A DNA stretch of 64,000 nt, from assembly GCA_035720985.1 (NCBI GenBank), contig DASTNI010000041.1, positions 106,740-170,739 on the forward strand, read 5' to 3'. Both the position numbers and the translations under genes were made by a program. A model generated the notes under the pieces. That model worked only from the letters and a program-made list of their open reading frames with translations, was not told the origin of the DNA and did no database searches. Source of the DNA: Rhodanobacteraceae bacterium. GTDB taxonomy: Bacteria; Pseudomonadota; Gammaproteobacteria; Xanthomonadales; Rhodanobacteraceae. This document shows, piece after piece, positions 35,335 through 46,287 of the stretch. Each line of letters starts with the position of its first letter. Position 1 is the first letter of the stretch.

Positions 35335-37494
35335 ATGGCGGCCAGCACGGCGGTGCCGGTGCGCGACGCCGGCGCGGCGGGTTCGGCGCCGGTCACCACG
35401 CTGGCCGGCGTCGGGCCGGCGCTCGCCGATACCCTGCGCAAGCTCGGCATCGAGCGCGTCCAGGATCTGTGGTTCCATCTGCCGCTGCGCTACGAGGATC
35501 ACACGCGGATCACGGCGATCCGCGATCTCGTGGCCGGTGAGCCCGCGCAGGTCGAAGGCACCGTCGAAGCGGTCGAGGCCGGATTCCGGTATCGACCGCA
35601 GCTCCGGGTGGCGGTGACCGATGCCTCATGCGACACGCTGGTGTTGCGCTTCTTCCATTTCCGCCGCCAGCAGGCCGAGCAGTTCAAGCCGGGCACGCGC
35701 CTGCGCTGCTTCGGGCCGGTGCGGCACGGCCAGCACGGCCTGGAGATCGTGCACCCGCAGTACCGCATCCTGCACGGCGATGCGCCCGTCGAGGACACGC
35801 TGACCCCGGTGTACCCGGTCACCGAAGGCATCGGACAACAGCGCCTGCGCGGCGTGATCGAGCGCGCGCTGGCCAAGCTGCCGGCCGCCGGGACGCTGGA
35901 GCTGATCCCGGCCGAGCTGCTGGCACCGCTCGGGCTCATGTCGCTGCGCGAGGCGCTGCTGACCGCGCACCGGCCGCCGCCCGACGCCGATATCGCGGCG
36001 CTGCTGGCCGCGGCGCATCCTGCGCAGCAGCGCCTCGCGTTCGAGGAGCTCCTGGCGCATTACCTGGGCCTGAAGCGTCTGCGCCAGCGCCTGCGGCGGC
36101 GGCATGCGCCGGTATTGCCGGCGGATCAGGCGCTGATGGAACGCTTCCGTGCCGCGCTGCCGTTCACGCTCACGGGCGCGCAGGAGCGCGTCGCGCAGGA
36201 AGTCGGACGTGATCTGGAACGGCGCGTGCCGATGCTGCGGCTGGTGCAGGGCGACGTGGGCTCGGGCAAGACCGTGGTGGCCGCGCTCGCCGCGCTGCAT
36301 GCCGTGGCCAACGGCTGGCAGGTGGCGCTGATGGCGCCGACCGAGCTCCTGGCCGAGCAGCACCTCAGAAGCTTTCGCGAGTGGCTGGAGCCGCTCGATA
36401 TCGAAGTGGCGTGGCTGGCCGGCAAGATCACCGGCCGCGCTCGCAAGCGGGTGCTGGAACGGCTGGCGGCGGGCGCGCCGGTTGCGGTCGGTACCCACGC
36501 CCTGATGCAGGAGGGCGTCGAATTCGCGCGGCTGGGCCTCGTCATCGTCGACGAGCAGCACCGCTTCGGCGTGCAGCAGCGCATGGCGCTGCGCGACAAG
36601 GGGGCGAACGGCACGGACGCCCCGCACCAGTTGGTGCTGACCGCGACGCCGATCCCGCGCACGCTCGCGATGAGCGCCTATGCCGACCTCGACGTTTCGA
36701 CCCTTGATGAGTTGCCACCTGGACGTACGCCCGTGCGCACCGTCGCGATCGCCAACGGCCGGCGCGACGAAGTGATCGGGCGCATCCGCGCGGCCTGTGC
36801 GGAGGGGCGGCAGGCGTACTGGGTCTGCACGCTCATCGAAGACGGCGAGCTTCGCGGAGAGTCCGCACAGGGACGCGCAGGCTTTGGCGGAGGGACCCGC
36901 GAAAGAATGCAGGCGCAGGCGGCCGAGGTCGCCTACGCGCAACTCTCGGCGGCGCTGCCGGGCCTCGCGGTGGACCTGGTGCATGGACGCATGAAGCCCG
37001 CGGACAAACAGGCCGCGATGGACCGCTTCAAGCAGGGTGCCACCGCGTTGTTGGTCGCGACCACGGTGATCGAGGTCGGAGTCGACGTGCCCAACGCGAG
37101 CCTCATGGTGATCGAGAACGCCGAGCGTTTGGGGCTTGCCCAGTTGCACCAGCTGCGCGGGCGCGTGGGGCGCGGGGCGATCGCCTCGACCTGCGTGCTG
37201 CTGTACCAGCCGCCGCTGTCGGGCCTCGCCAAGCAGCGCCTGGAGGTGCTGCGCGAAACCAATGACGGCTTCGTGATCGCCGAACGCGACCTGGCCCTGC
37301 GCGGTCCCGGCGAACTGCTAGGCACGCGGCAGACCGGAGAAATGGGGTTTCGCGTGGCTGACGTGGTGCGCGACGCGCCGCTGATGCCGGCGGTACAGCG
37401 CGTGGGCGCGGCGCTGCTGCGCGAACAGCCGGCGCTGGCACGGCGCCTGACCGAGCGCTGGATTGGCGCCGCGACCCGCTTCGCCGACGCCTGA
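35335..37494 (+). CDS. recG: ATP-dependent DNA helicase RecG
   Basis: 719 aa. Wedge domain plus SF2 helicase motifs ([39 protein letters not shown]). Confidence 0.95.
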   Translation: MAASTAVPVRDAGAAGSAPVTTLAGVGPALADTLRKLGIERVQDLWFHLPLRYEDHTRITAIRDLVAGEPAQVEGTVEAVEAGFRYRPQLRVAVTDASCDTLVLRFFHFRRQQAEQFKPGTRLRCFGPVRHGQHGLEIVHPQYRILHGDAPVEDTLTPVYPVTEGIGQQRLRGVIERALAKLPAAGTLELIPAELLAPLGLMSLREALLTAHRPPPDADIAALLAAAHPAQQRLAFEELLAHYLGLKRLRQRLRRRHAPVLPADQALMERFRAALPFTLTGAQERVAQEVGRDLERRVPMLRLVQGDVGSGKTVVAALAALHAVANGWQVALMAPTELLAEQHLRSFREWLEPLDIEVAWLAGKITGRARKRVLERLAAGAPVAVGTHALMQEGVEFARLGLVIVDEQHRFGVQQRMALRDKGANGTDAPHQLVLTATPIPRTLAMSAYADLDVSTLDELPPGRTPVRTVAIANGRRDEVIGRIRAACAEGRQAYWVCTLIEDGELRGESAQGRAGFGGGTRERMQAQAAEVAYAQLSAALPGLAVDLVHGRMKPADKQAAMDRFKQGATALLVATTVIEVGVDVPNASLMVIENAERLGLAQLHQLRGRVGRGAIASTCVLLYQPPLSGLAKQRLEVLRETNDGFVIAERDLALRGPGELLGTRQTGEMGFRVADVVRDAPLMPAVQRVGAALLREQPALARRLTERWIGAATRFADA

Positions 37495-37506
37495 GCGGGC
37501 CTGCGG

Positions 37507-37536
37507 TTGCCCGCGTTCGCGAAAACACGCTACAAT
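37507..37536 (+). promoter_or_regulatory. Candidate promoter of rpmE (TTGCCC-18 nt-TACAAT)
   Basis: The -35-like TTGCCC lies at 37507-37512 and the -10 TACAAT at 37531-37536, about 40 nt upstream of the ATG. Confidence 0.35.
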
Positions 37537-37577
37537 TTTCGCCTTGCCTCAAGCATTTGGCTTTGGACAGGCTCCGC

Positions 37578-37838
37578 ATGAAAACCGACATCCATCCGGA
37601 TTACCACCCGGTCGTCTTCCAGGACGCCGCTTCCGACTTCGCCTTCCTGACGCGTTCGACCGCGACCAGCGAAGACAAGATCAAGTGGGAAGACGGCAAC
37701 GAGTACCCGGTGATCAGGGTCGACATCTCTTCGGCTTCGCACCCGTTCTACACGGGCAAGCAGAAGGTCATGGATTCCGGGGGCCGGATCGACAAGTTCA
37801 ACCGGCGCTACACGACCGGCAAGACCGGCAAGAAATAA
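37578..37838 (+). CDS. rpmE: 50S ribosomal protein L31, type B (no CxxC zinc motif)
   Basis: [28 protein letters not shown] ... [28 protein letters not shown]. The Zn-binding Cys pairs of type A L31 are absent. Confidence 0.9.
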   Translation: MKTDIHPDYHPVVFQDAASDFAFLTRSTATSEDKIKWEDGNEYPVIRVDISSASHPFYTGKQKVMDSGGRIDKFNRRYTTGKTGKK

Positions 37839-37875
37839 GCCCTGCGGCCCCGACGCCGCAAGCCGCGTCCCAGGC

Positions 37876-37906
37876 GCCTGTCGCGTATGCCGCGACGGGC
37901 GTTTTC
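37876..37906 (+). terminator. Rho-independent terminator after rpmE
   Basis: GCCTGTCGCG-TATGC-CGCGACGGGC forms a hairpin with one G-U pair, followed by GTTTTCG. Confidence 0.5.
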
Positions 37907-38014
37907 GTGTGCGCGCGGCGAGGCCCACCTGCGGGCGCACGGGGTGGCGTGCGATAATTCATCAATTTCACAGCGCGGTCGCTTGCGGCCGCGCGCACGC
38001 CAAGGAGTTTCGTC

Positions 38015-39307
38015 GTGTCCGATAATCATTCAGTCAGCCTGACCGCCGCCGGTCACACCGTGTCGCTGCCGCTGGTCGAGGGGACGCTGGGGCCAAGTTC
38101 CATCGACATCGGTTCGATCCGGCGCGACACCGGTCATTTTTCGTTCGACCCGGGGTTCGCAGCCACGGCGTCGTGCAAAAGCGCCATCACCTATATCGAC
38201 GGCGAGAAGGGCGTGCTGCTGTATCGCGGCTACCCGATCGAGCAGCTGGCCGAACATTCGCGTTTCGTCGAGGTGGCCTACCTGTTGCTGGAAGGCGAGT
38301 TGCCGACGGCAGCGCAGCTGCACGTGTTCGAGGACAAGATCACGCATCACACGATGATGCACGAGACCCTGAAGGACTTCCTGCACGGGTTTCACTACGA
38401 CGCGCATCCGATGGCGGTGCTGTGTGCGTCGATCGCTTCGATGTCGGCGTTCTACCACGACACCAACGACAACAGTGATCCGGCGCAGCGCAAGCTGGCC
38501 GCGATCCGGTTGATTGCCAAGATGCCGACCATCGCCGCGGCTGCGTACCGCTCGTCGATCGGCTGGCCGATCCGCTATCCGCGCAACAACCTCGAGTACG
38601 TGGACCGCTTCCTGCACATGATGTTCGAGGTGCCGAGCGAGCCGCTGGAGCTGAATCCGGTGGTGGCCAAGGCGCTGGACCTGTTGTTCATCCTGCACGC
38701 CGACCACGAGCAGAACGCCAGCACCTCGACCGTGCGCCTCGTCGGCTCCACCGGCGCCAATCCGTACGCCTCGGTCGCCGCCGGCATCGCCGCGCTGTGG
38801 GGCCCCGCGCACGGCGGCGCCAACGAAGCCGTGCTGAAGATGCTCACGCAGATCGGCGATGCCAAGAACGTGGGCAAGGCGATCGATCGTGCCAAGGACA
38901 AGTCGTCCGGATTCCGCCTGATGGGCTTCGGCCACCGCGTCTACAAGAATTTCGACCCGCGCGCGAAGATCATCCGCGGCATGGCGCACAAGGTGCTGGA
39001 CGAACTGGGCGTGCAGGATCCGCTGCTGGACGTCGCCCTGAAACTCGAAGAGGCCGCGCTGAAGGACGATTACTTCGTCTCGCACAAGCTCTACCCGAAC
39101 GTCGATTTCTATTCGGGCATCATCTACAAGGCCCTCAAGATCCCGACCGAGATGTTCACGGTGATGTTCGCCATTGCGCGTACCGCGGGCTGGATCGCGC
39201 ACTGGATCGAACAGCACGAGATGCCCGGCAGCCGCATCGGCCGTCCGCGCCAGGTGTACGTCGGCGCCACGCCGCGCGACTACAAGGCGATCGACCAGCG
39301 CGTATAG
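38015..39307 (+). CDS. gltA: Citrate synthase (type II)
   Basis: GTG start preceded by AAGGAG. 430 aa. [14 protein letters not shown] and [13 protein letters not shown] motifs are present. Confidence 0.95.
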   Translation: MSDNHSVSLTAAGHTVSLPLVEGTLGPSSIDIGSIRRDTGHFSFDPGFAATASCKSAITYIDGEKGVLLYRGYPIEQLAEHSRFVEVAYLLLEGELPTAAQLHVFEDKITHHTMMHETLKDFLHGFHYDAHPMAVLCASIASMSAFYHDTNDNSDPAQRKLAAIRLIAKMPTIAAAAYRSSIGWPIRYPRNNLEYVDRFLHMMFEVPSEPLELNPVVAKALDLLFILHADHEQNASTSTVRLVGSTGANPYASVAAGIAALWGPAHGGANEAVLKMLTQIGDAKNVGKAIDRAKDKSSGFRLMGFGHRVYKNFDPRAKIIRGMAHKVLDELGVQDPLLDVALKLEEAALKDDYFVSHKLYPNVDFYSGIIYKALKIPTEMFTVMFAIARTAGWIAHWIEQHEMPGSRIGRPRQVYVGATPRDYKAIDQRV

Positions 39308-39328
39308 GAGCGGCGGCAGCCGCGACCG
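39305..39328. repeat. REP family 1, copy 1 (TAGGAGCGGCGGCAGCCGCGACCG)
   Basis: This 24-mer is identical to the one at 39359-39382. It contains the small hairpin GCGGC-GGCA-GCCGC and overlaps the gltA stop codon. Confidence 0.6.
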
Positions 39329-39358
39329 ACCCTGCAAGGCGATTGACGAGCGTCGGCG

Positions 39359-39382
39359 TAGGAGCGGCGGCAGCCGCGACCG
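39359..39382. repeat. REP family 1, copy 2
   Basis: Exact direct repeat of 39305-39328, 54 nt downstream. Confidence 0.6.
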
Positions 39383-39427
39383 GCCTCGCGCGCGGCGTGC
39401 GAGACCGCGTCCGACTGTTCGATCCTC

Positions 39428-40078
39428 CTACACGGGCGGATTGCCGGGTTCGCCCGAAATCATCGCTTCCAGGGTCGCCAGCGAAGCGCGCTGGAGCGGA
39501 CGCTCTTCGGTGCGGTCGAGGGGCGCCTGCCGCAGCGCGTCGTGCGGAAACACCGTGAGGTCCACCGCGACGCCGTCGGCGTCGAACAGGAGCACCGGAA
39601 ATTCCGCGCTGCGCTGCCGATCCAGCCGGACGACACGCGAGCGGGTCTCGAATGCAATGCCGCGTTCGCCCAGAAATTGGGCAACGTGCTCGGGCGAATC
39701 GTCGAACACGTGCAGGCTGATCGGCGAGTGCGTGTCGGCGGTCCCATCCAGCACCGCGCCGACCAGGCGCGGCTCGAATGGCGACAAAAACCGCATCGCC
39801 TCGCGCGCGGCTTCGCGGCGGACCTGCAGCGCGCGTGGTTGTTCAGTGGCACGGAACAGGCGCTGATGCTCGCGCAGCGCTTCCTCGATCTCGCGGTTGC
39901 GCGGCAGGTAGCCTTCCTCGCTGACGCCCACGTGCGCGGCGGCCTTGCGCTTGGCCAGCTGGTAATCGCGGATGCCGTGCTCGCTCATGAGGCGCGCCGC
40001 TTCCAGCGCGACGCGGCGGCGCAGCTGATGGCTGCGCCCTTCGGCGTGCACCTGGTGGAACCTGGGTGTCTTGTGCAT
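39428..40078 (-). CDS. Conserved hypothetical protein (216 aa); possible degenerate nucleotidyltransferase-like fold
   Basis: Start trimmed to ATG at 40076-40078 (MHKTPRFHQVHAEGRSHQLRRRVALEAARLM...). The composition is coding-like. The segment GAVLDGTADTHSPISLHVF vaguely recalls the GS-x-DxD region of minimal NTases. No function can be assigned by eye. Confidence 0.6.
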   Translation of the reverse strand: MHKTPRFHQVHAEGRSHQLRRRVALEAARLMSEHGIRDYQLAKRKAAAHVGVSEEGYLPRNREIEEALREHQRLFRATEQPRALQVRREAAREAMRFLSPFEPRLVGAVLDGTADTHSPISLHVFDDSPEHVAQFLGERGIAFETRSRVVRLDRQRSAEFPVLLFDADGVAVDLTVFPHDALRQAPLDRTEERPLQRASLATLEAMISGEPGNPPV

Positions 40079-40325
40079 GTTGGATTCCCCGCGGCCGCGT
40101 CGGGGGTGAGTGTCGCAAAAAGCGCAGGCGAAAAGCAAAGAGCAGGAGGTAGGGCGCAGGGCGCAGGGAACAGGAGAAGCGTGAGGTGATGACGCTACGC
40201 GCAGGCAATTGACCGGACGAACCCGGTCCGACACCGTTGGCGCCGGGCGTAGCGTTGTTGGGCAACGGGCAATCGGCCGCATGACGCGCTGCCCTTCCCT
40301 GATCCCTTCCCCCCGCTCCCTGCGT

Positions 40326-42860
40326 CTAAAAAATGTCGTACGCGGGCGCCTGGTTCTGCAGGTTCTTGGCCTCGGCGCGCAGGCGGTCCAGATCCTCGAT
40401 CGTGAACAGCTCGCTCATCGTGTTGGTGTCGCCCGGAGGTGCGGGGAGGCCCGTGGTCCGGTCGATGGTCGCGGTGACGATGCCCGGTGGCATGGACAGC
40501 GTCGCCGGCGGCTTGCCGGTCAAGGCCGGGCCCATGAAATCCATCCAGATCGGCAACGCGGTGCGCGCGCCGAATTCGCCCCGTCCCAGCGAGCTGTAAT
40601 CGTCAAAGCCGACCCAGACCGTGGTGACGAGGTCGTCATTGAATCCCGCGAACCAGCCGTCGTGGTGGTCGTTGGTCGATCCCGTCTTGCCGGCGAGATC
40701 GGTGCGGCCGAGGCCCTTGGCGGCCGCCGCGCCCGTGCCGGCCGGTCCGTAGATCACGCTTTGCAGCAGCGAGGTGATGAGGTAGTCGTTGCGCGGATCG
40801 ATCACGCGCGGCGCCAGGAGTGGCTGGCTCGAATCGACCGACAGCGCGTTGGCGGTGTCGCCCAGCGCGCCCGGGTCGCCCGCGGCAGCGTCGGGCTGCG
40901 CGGGCGCCGCGGTGGTCTTGCCTTCATCCAGCAGGCGCGCTTCGCAGGTGCGGCACGCGCGCACGGGATCGGCCTTGTAGATGGCCTTGCCGTCGCGGTC
41001 GTCGATTTCGGCGATGTAGTACGGATTGACCAGGAATCCGCCGTTGGCGAACACGGCGTAGGCACGCGCCATTGCCATCGGCGACACTGCGGCCGTGCCC
41101 AGCGCCATCGACAGGTTGGCGGGGATCGCATCCAGCGGAAAGCCGAACCGCGTCACGTACTCGCGCGCGTAGCGCACGCCGATCGCGTCCAGCAGCCGGA
41201 TCGCGACCAGGTTGACCGATTGCGCCAGCGCTTCGCGCAACCGCATGGGGCCGCGGAACTTGTCGTCATCGTTCTGCGGCGTCCACAGGCCTCCCGGTTT
41301 GGTCGGATCGGGCAGCGCGATGGGCGCATCGTTGATGATCGACGCCGGCGTATAGCCCCGGTTGAACGCGGCCGAGTAGATGAAAGGCTTGAAGCTCGAG
41401 CCGGGTTGCCGAGCGGTCTGGGTTGCGCGGTTGAACTTGGAGAGCTGGAAATTGAAGCCGCCGACCAGCGCCTGCACCGCGCCATCGTCGGGCGCCAGCG
41501 CCACCATCGCGGCCTGCGCGCGCGGAATCTGCTCGAGCTCCCAATGACGCTTGCCGGCGTCCTTGGCGTCATCAGCGACGGGCGGGGCGCCGGTGGCCGG
41601 ATCGATCGGCGCATCGGTGACCTCGCGCACGCGGATGACGTCGCCCGGACGCAGGATGGCGGCGACGCCCTTGCCGCCCGTCTTGGCCTTGCGTCCGTAG
41701 CCCTGCGCCCACTGCATCGCGGCCAGCGGCAGCGTGATGTTCTGCCCGCCTTGCACGTGGGCCGTGGCGGCCGTACTGTCCACCGCCGTGACGATGGCCG
41801 GCGACAGGCCGCTGAGGTTGCCGTAGGTCGCCAGATCCTTCGCGAGCGCTTCGGGAGTGGCCGGGTCCGGCACCGCCACGTGCGCTTCGGGACCGCGATA
41901 ACCGTGACGGTGGTCGTAGTCCTCGAGCCGGCTGTGCAGCGCGTGCCGGGCCAGCGCCTGCAGGCGGCTGCTGATCGTCGTGCGGATCACGTAGCCATCC
42001 GTCAGCGCCTTGTTGCCCAAGAGCTGCAGCGCCTGCCGGCGCACCATCTCGGCGAGGTAGGGTGCATCCACCTGGATCGGCGGCTCGTGCGGCGCGGCGT
42101 CGTCGACCGCGGCCACCGCCTGCTCGTACTGGGTGCGATCGATGAAGCGGTGCGAGAGCATCTGGCCCAGCACCCAGTTGCGGCGTGCCAGCAAGCGAGC
42201 GCGACCGTCGATCGGGTTGACTAGCGAGGGCAACTGGAACGTCGAGGCGATCGCGGCGCACTCGGCCAGGGTGAGCTGGTCGATGGGCTTGCCGTAGTAG
42301 TACTGCGCGGCGGCCGCGACGCCGTAGGCGCGATGGCCCAGGAACATCTTGTTGAGGTAGAGCTGGAGGATCTGGTCCTTGGTGAGTTCCTGCTCGATGC
42401 GGAACGAGGTCAGGATCTCGGTGATCTTGCGCGTGTAGGTTTTCTGGGGACTCAGGAAGAAGTTGCGCGCGACCTGCTGGGTGATGGTCGAGCCGCCCTG
42501 GACCTTCTCGCCGTGATGCAGCACGACCTGGATCGCCGCGCGGATCGTCGAAGTCACGTCGATGCCCGAGTGGTGGTAGAAGTCGGCGTCCTCGGCGGCG
42601 AGCACCGCGTCCTTGAGGTTCTTCGGGACATTCTGGATGTCGACCGGAATGCGCCGCGTTTCGCCGAACTCGGCGATGAGCTGGCCGTCGGCACTGACGA
42701 CGCGCAGCGGCACCTGCATCTGCACGTCCTTCAGCGAGGCCACCGAGGGCACGCGTGGTTCGATTTGCCAGTACGCGATCCCTGCCGCGATGACGCCCAG
42801 TACCACCAGGCACGCAGCGCCGATCGCAGCGGCAAGGGCCAGTCGTTTCAGGATTCTCAT
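40326..42860 (-). CDS. mrcA: Penicillin-binding protein 1A (bifunctional transglycosylase/transpeptidase)
   Basis: Start trimmed to ATG at 42858-42860 (MRILKRLALAAAIGAAC...). GT51 motifs are EDADFYHHSGID and GGSTITQQVARN. Transpeptidase motifs are SSFKP and KTGSTN. Confidence 0.95.
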   Translation of the reverse strand: MRILKRLALAAAIGAACLVVLGVIAAGIAYWQIEPRVPSVASLKDVQMQVPLRVVSADGQLIAEFGETRRIPVDIQNVPKNLKDAVLAAEDADFYHHSGIDVTSTIRAAIQVVLHHGEKVQGGSTITQQVARNFFLSPQKTYTRKITEILTSFRIEQELTKDQILQLYLNKMFLGHRAYGVAAAAQYYYGKPIDQLTLAECAAIASTFQLPSLVNPIDGRARLLARRNWVLGQMLSHRFIDRTQYEQAVAAVDDAAPHEPPIQVDAPYLAEMVRRQALQLLGNKALTDGYVIRTTISSRLQALARHALHSRLEDYDHRHGYRGPEAHVAVPDPATPEALAKDLATYGNLSGLSPAIVTAVDSTAATAHVQGGQNITLPLAAMQWAQGYGRKAKTGGKGVAAILRPGDVIRVREVTDAPIDPATGAPPVADDAKDAGKRHWELEQIPRAQAAMVALAPDDGAVQALVGGFNFQLSKFNRATQTARQPGSSFKPFIYSAAFNRGYTPASIINDAPIALPDPTKPGGLWTPQNDDDKFRGPMRLREALAQSVNLVAIRLLDAIGVRYAREYVTRFGFPLDAIPANLSMALGTAAVSPMAMARAYAVFANGGFLVNPYYIAEIDDRDGKAIYKADPVRACRTCEARLLDEGKTTAAPAQPDAAAGDPGALGDTANALSVDSSQPLLAPRVIDPRNDYLITSLLQSVIYGPAGTGAAAAKGLGRTDLAGKTGSTNDHHDGWFAGFNDDLVTTVWVGFDDYSSLGRGEFGARTALPIWMDFMGPALTGKPPATLSMPPGIVTATIDRTTGLPAPPGDTNTMSELFTIEDLDRLRAEAKNLQNQAPAYDIF

Positions 42861-43214
42861 GCGGGTTTCGTGGCGGGCGTGGCAGGCGCGGGCGGGACGC
42901 GACGCGCGGCGGAGCGGTCGCGTGACGGCGGGTCGCCGTTGGCCGCCGTGGCGCGTGCTGCAGAAAGCGACCCGCGCAGTATAGACGTCCGAGGCGCCGA
43001 AACGCCGGCACGTGCGTTCGGTACGGTTGTTGCATACGTCGCCGGTTGCGCGGCCGAACGTCGGATACGCGTCGCGTCGGTGTTGCGAATTGTGACGCCG
43101 GTCCGGGACGCCAGACCATGAAACAAAGACCATTTGAGGCTTCAACCGTCATGACTTCAATGGGTTGCGGACACTTTGCGAAGTTATTGATATTTAGTTA
43201 ACTTTCGTATCTAA

Positions 43215-44323
<1,109 letters not shown>

Positions 44324-44324
<1 letters not shown>

Positions 44325-45088
44325 TGGCCAAGATCAACCTGCTCCCGTGGCGGGCGGAGCGGCGCGAACGTCGCAAGCGCGAGTTCTTCGCGCAGCTCAT
44401 CATCGCTGCGGTGGCAGCGCTGGTGCTGGTCGTGCTGTGGGGGTTCTGGTCGGGCCTCCGGATCGATCGCCAGAACGATCGCAACGCGTACCTGCAGACC
44501 CAGATCAAGCAGCTCGACGCCAAGATCGTCGAGATCAAGAACCTGCAGAAAGTCCGTGACCACCTGTTGGCGCGCAAACGGATCGTCGAACAACTGCAGT
44601 CCAGCCGCTCGCAGATGGTGCACCTGTTCGACCAGATCGTGAAAACCATTCCGGCCGGCGCGCGCCTGACCTCGCTGAAGCAGCAGGCCGACAAGCTCAC
44701 GCTGGATGGCGTCGCGCAGTCCAACGCGACCGTCGCCGATTACATGCGCAACATCGAGGCCTCGCCCTGGATGGGTCCGGCCACGCTGATCCGCACCGAG
44801 AACGTGCACACCAGTTCCAACACGCCGTATGAATTCGAACTGGTCGTGGCGCTCGGCACGCCTAAGGCGGACGCCAATGGCGAAGTCCCCGCCGCGGCGG
44901 GCAGCAGTGGCGGCGCCGCGTTGCCGCTACCCGCCGCCAGCAGCGCCGGCGCGGCGACCGCGTCGTCTGTGGCCAGGCCCCAGGCCGTGCCTGTCGCCAA
45001 GCCCGCGCCCGCAAGCGCGCCGACCAAGGCGGCGCCGAGCGTTGCCCGTACACCTGCGGCTTCGGCGGCCAAGGGGGCGCGGCCATGA
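44324..45088 (+). CDS. pilN: Type IV pilus assembly protein PilN
   Basis: MAKINLLPWRAERRERRKREF plus a TM segment. The start overlaps the pilM stop. It has an extra Ala/Pro-rich C-terminal tail. Confidence 0.9.
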
Positions 45089-45744
45089 AACTCATCGACG
45101 ACCTGCGCAATCTTGATCGCAACAACATCGGCGGCTGGCCAAAGTCGGTCAAGCTGTTCTTCACGGTTGCCGTGATCGTGGTGATCGTGTTCCTTGGCTG
45201 GTACCTGTACGTCAGCGGCAAGCAGGACGATCTGGCCACGGCGCAGCAGCAGGAAATCACGCTCAAGCAGCAGTTCGAGGAAAAGCAGGCGAAGGTCGTC
45301 AACCTCGACGCGCTGAAGCTGCAGCTGCAGCAGATGAACGAAATGCTGAGCCAGATGCTGCGCGAGCTGCCGGGCAAGACCGAGATGCCCTCGCTGCTGG
45401 TCACGATTTCGCAGACCGCGCAGGCCGCCGGCATCGAGACCGACCTGTTCAAGCCGCAGGCCGAGATCCCCAAGGAGTTCTACGCGATCCAGCCGATCTC
45501 GCTGAAGATGCAGGGTACCTACCATCAGTTCGGCACCTTCATCAGCGGCGTGGCCTCGCTGCCGCGGGTCGTGATCCTGACCATGCACGACGTGTCACTG
45601 CACGGCGTCAAGCCCAGTGGTGGCAAGGATTCGCCGCCGCTGAATGACCAGCTGGTGCTGGAAGGCACGGTGCAGACCTATCGCTATCTCGGCGATGCGG
45701 AGACCGGCGCCAAGGCCGAGCCGGCGAAGAAGGGGGGGAAATGA
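45085..45744 (+). CDS. pilO: Type IV pilus assembly protein PilO
   Basis: ATGA overlap with pilN. TM plus coiled coil, with GTYHQFGTFISGVASLPRVV. Confidence 0.9.
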   Translation: MKLIDDLRNLDRNNIGGWPKSVKLFFTVAVIVVIVFLGWYLYVSGKQDDLATAQQQEITLKQQFEEKQAKVVNLDALKLQLQQMNEMLSQMLRELPGKTEMPSLLVTISQTAQAAGIETDLFKPQAEIPKEFYAIQPISLKMQGTYHQFGTFISGVASLPRVVILTMHDVSLHGVKPSGGKDSPPLNDQLVLEGTVQTYRYLGDAETGAKAEPAKKGGK

Positions 45745-46265
45745 GCATGCACCCTACCCGTATCGCCTGGGGTCTCGCGGCGCTGGCCATGATGCTGGGC
45801 CTGGCCGCGTGCAGCGGCCAGGGCGACCTGCACGCGTGGGTCGCCAAGGTCAAGGCCCAGAAAGGGGCGCCGCTGCAGCCGCTGCCGGTCGTCAAGACCT
45901 TCGAGACCTTCCTGTACCAGGATCAGGACCAGCGCGATCCGTTCGAACCCGCGCCGCCGCAGGCCAACGATCAGAACGCCGCCGGGCCGCATCCGGATCA
46001 GAACCGCCCCCGCCAGCCGCTCGAAGCGTTCCCGCTCGACAGCCTGAAGATGGTGGGCACGATCGGCGCCAAGGGCAACATCGAAGCGCTGATCAAGGAC
46101 CCTCAGGGTGTGATCCATCAGGTTCACGTGGGGGACTACATGGGCCAGAACTATGGCCACGTCACGGAAGTGACGTCCAGTCAGGTGAATCTGGTCGAGC
46201 TGGTGCCGAATGGCTCGGGCGGCTGGATGGAACGCGACGCAACGGTGGCGTTGGGCGACAAATGA
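45741..46265 (+). CDS. pilP: Type IV pilus assembly lipoprotein PilP
   Basis: ATGA overlap with pilO. Lipobox LAAC. QRDPFEP ... LDSLKMVGT. Confidence 0.85.
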   Translation: MSMHPTRIAWGLAALAMMLGLAACSGQGDLHAWVAKVKAQKGAPLQPLPVVKTFETFLYQDQDQRDPFEPAPPQANDQNAAGPHPDQNRPRQPLEAFPLDSLKMVGTIGAKGNIEALIKDPQGVIHQVHVGDYMGQNYGHVTEVTSSQVNLVELVPNGSGGWMERDATVALGDK

Positions 46266-46287
46266 CGATTTATCGGGGGTTACGTTC

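Noticed and set aside
37495-37577. Zur-box control of the type B (Cys-less) L31 gene.
   Set aside because: No AT-rich palindromic Zur-like box is visible upstream. In this kind of genome the type B protein may be the only L31, so zinc regulation is not implied.
39305-39382. Repeat clusters (39305-39382 and 60354-60464) considered as mini CRISPR arrays.
   Set aside because: There are only 2-4 copies with irregular spacing and orientation, imperfect repeats in the second cluster, and no cas genes. They fit REP elements instead.
42861-43145. N-terminal extensions suggested by the ORF track for mrcA (to 43145), pepQ (to 17518), both GSTs, the VOC, MarR, mlaA, mlaD, mlaC, metE, pilQ, mscL and others.
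   Set aside because: The extended parts are compositionally junk. Internal ATG or GTG starts coincide with conserved N-termini, signal peptides, SD sequences, or 1-4-nt overlaps with the upstream gene.
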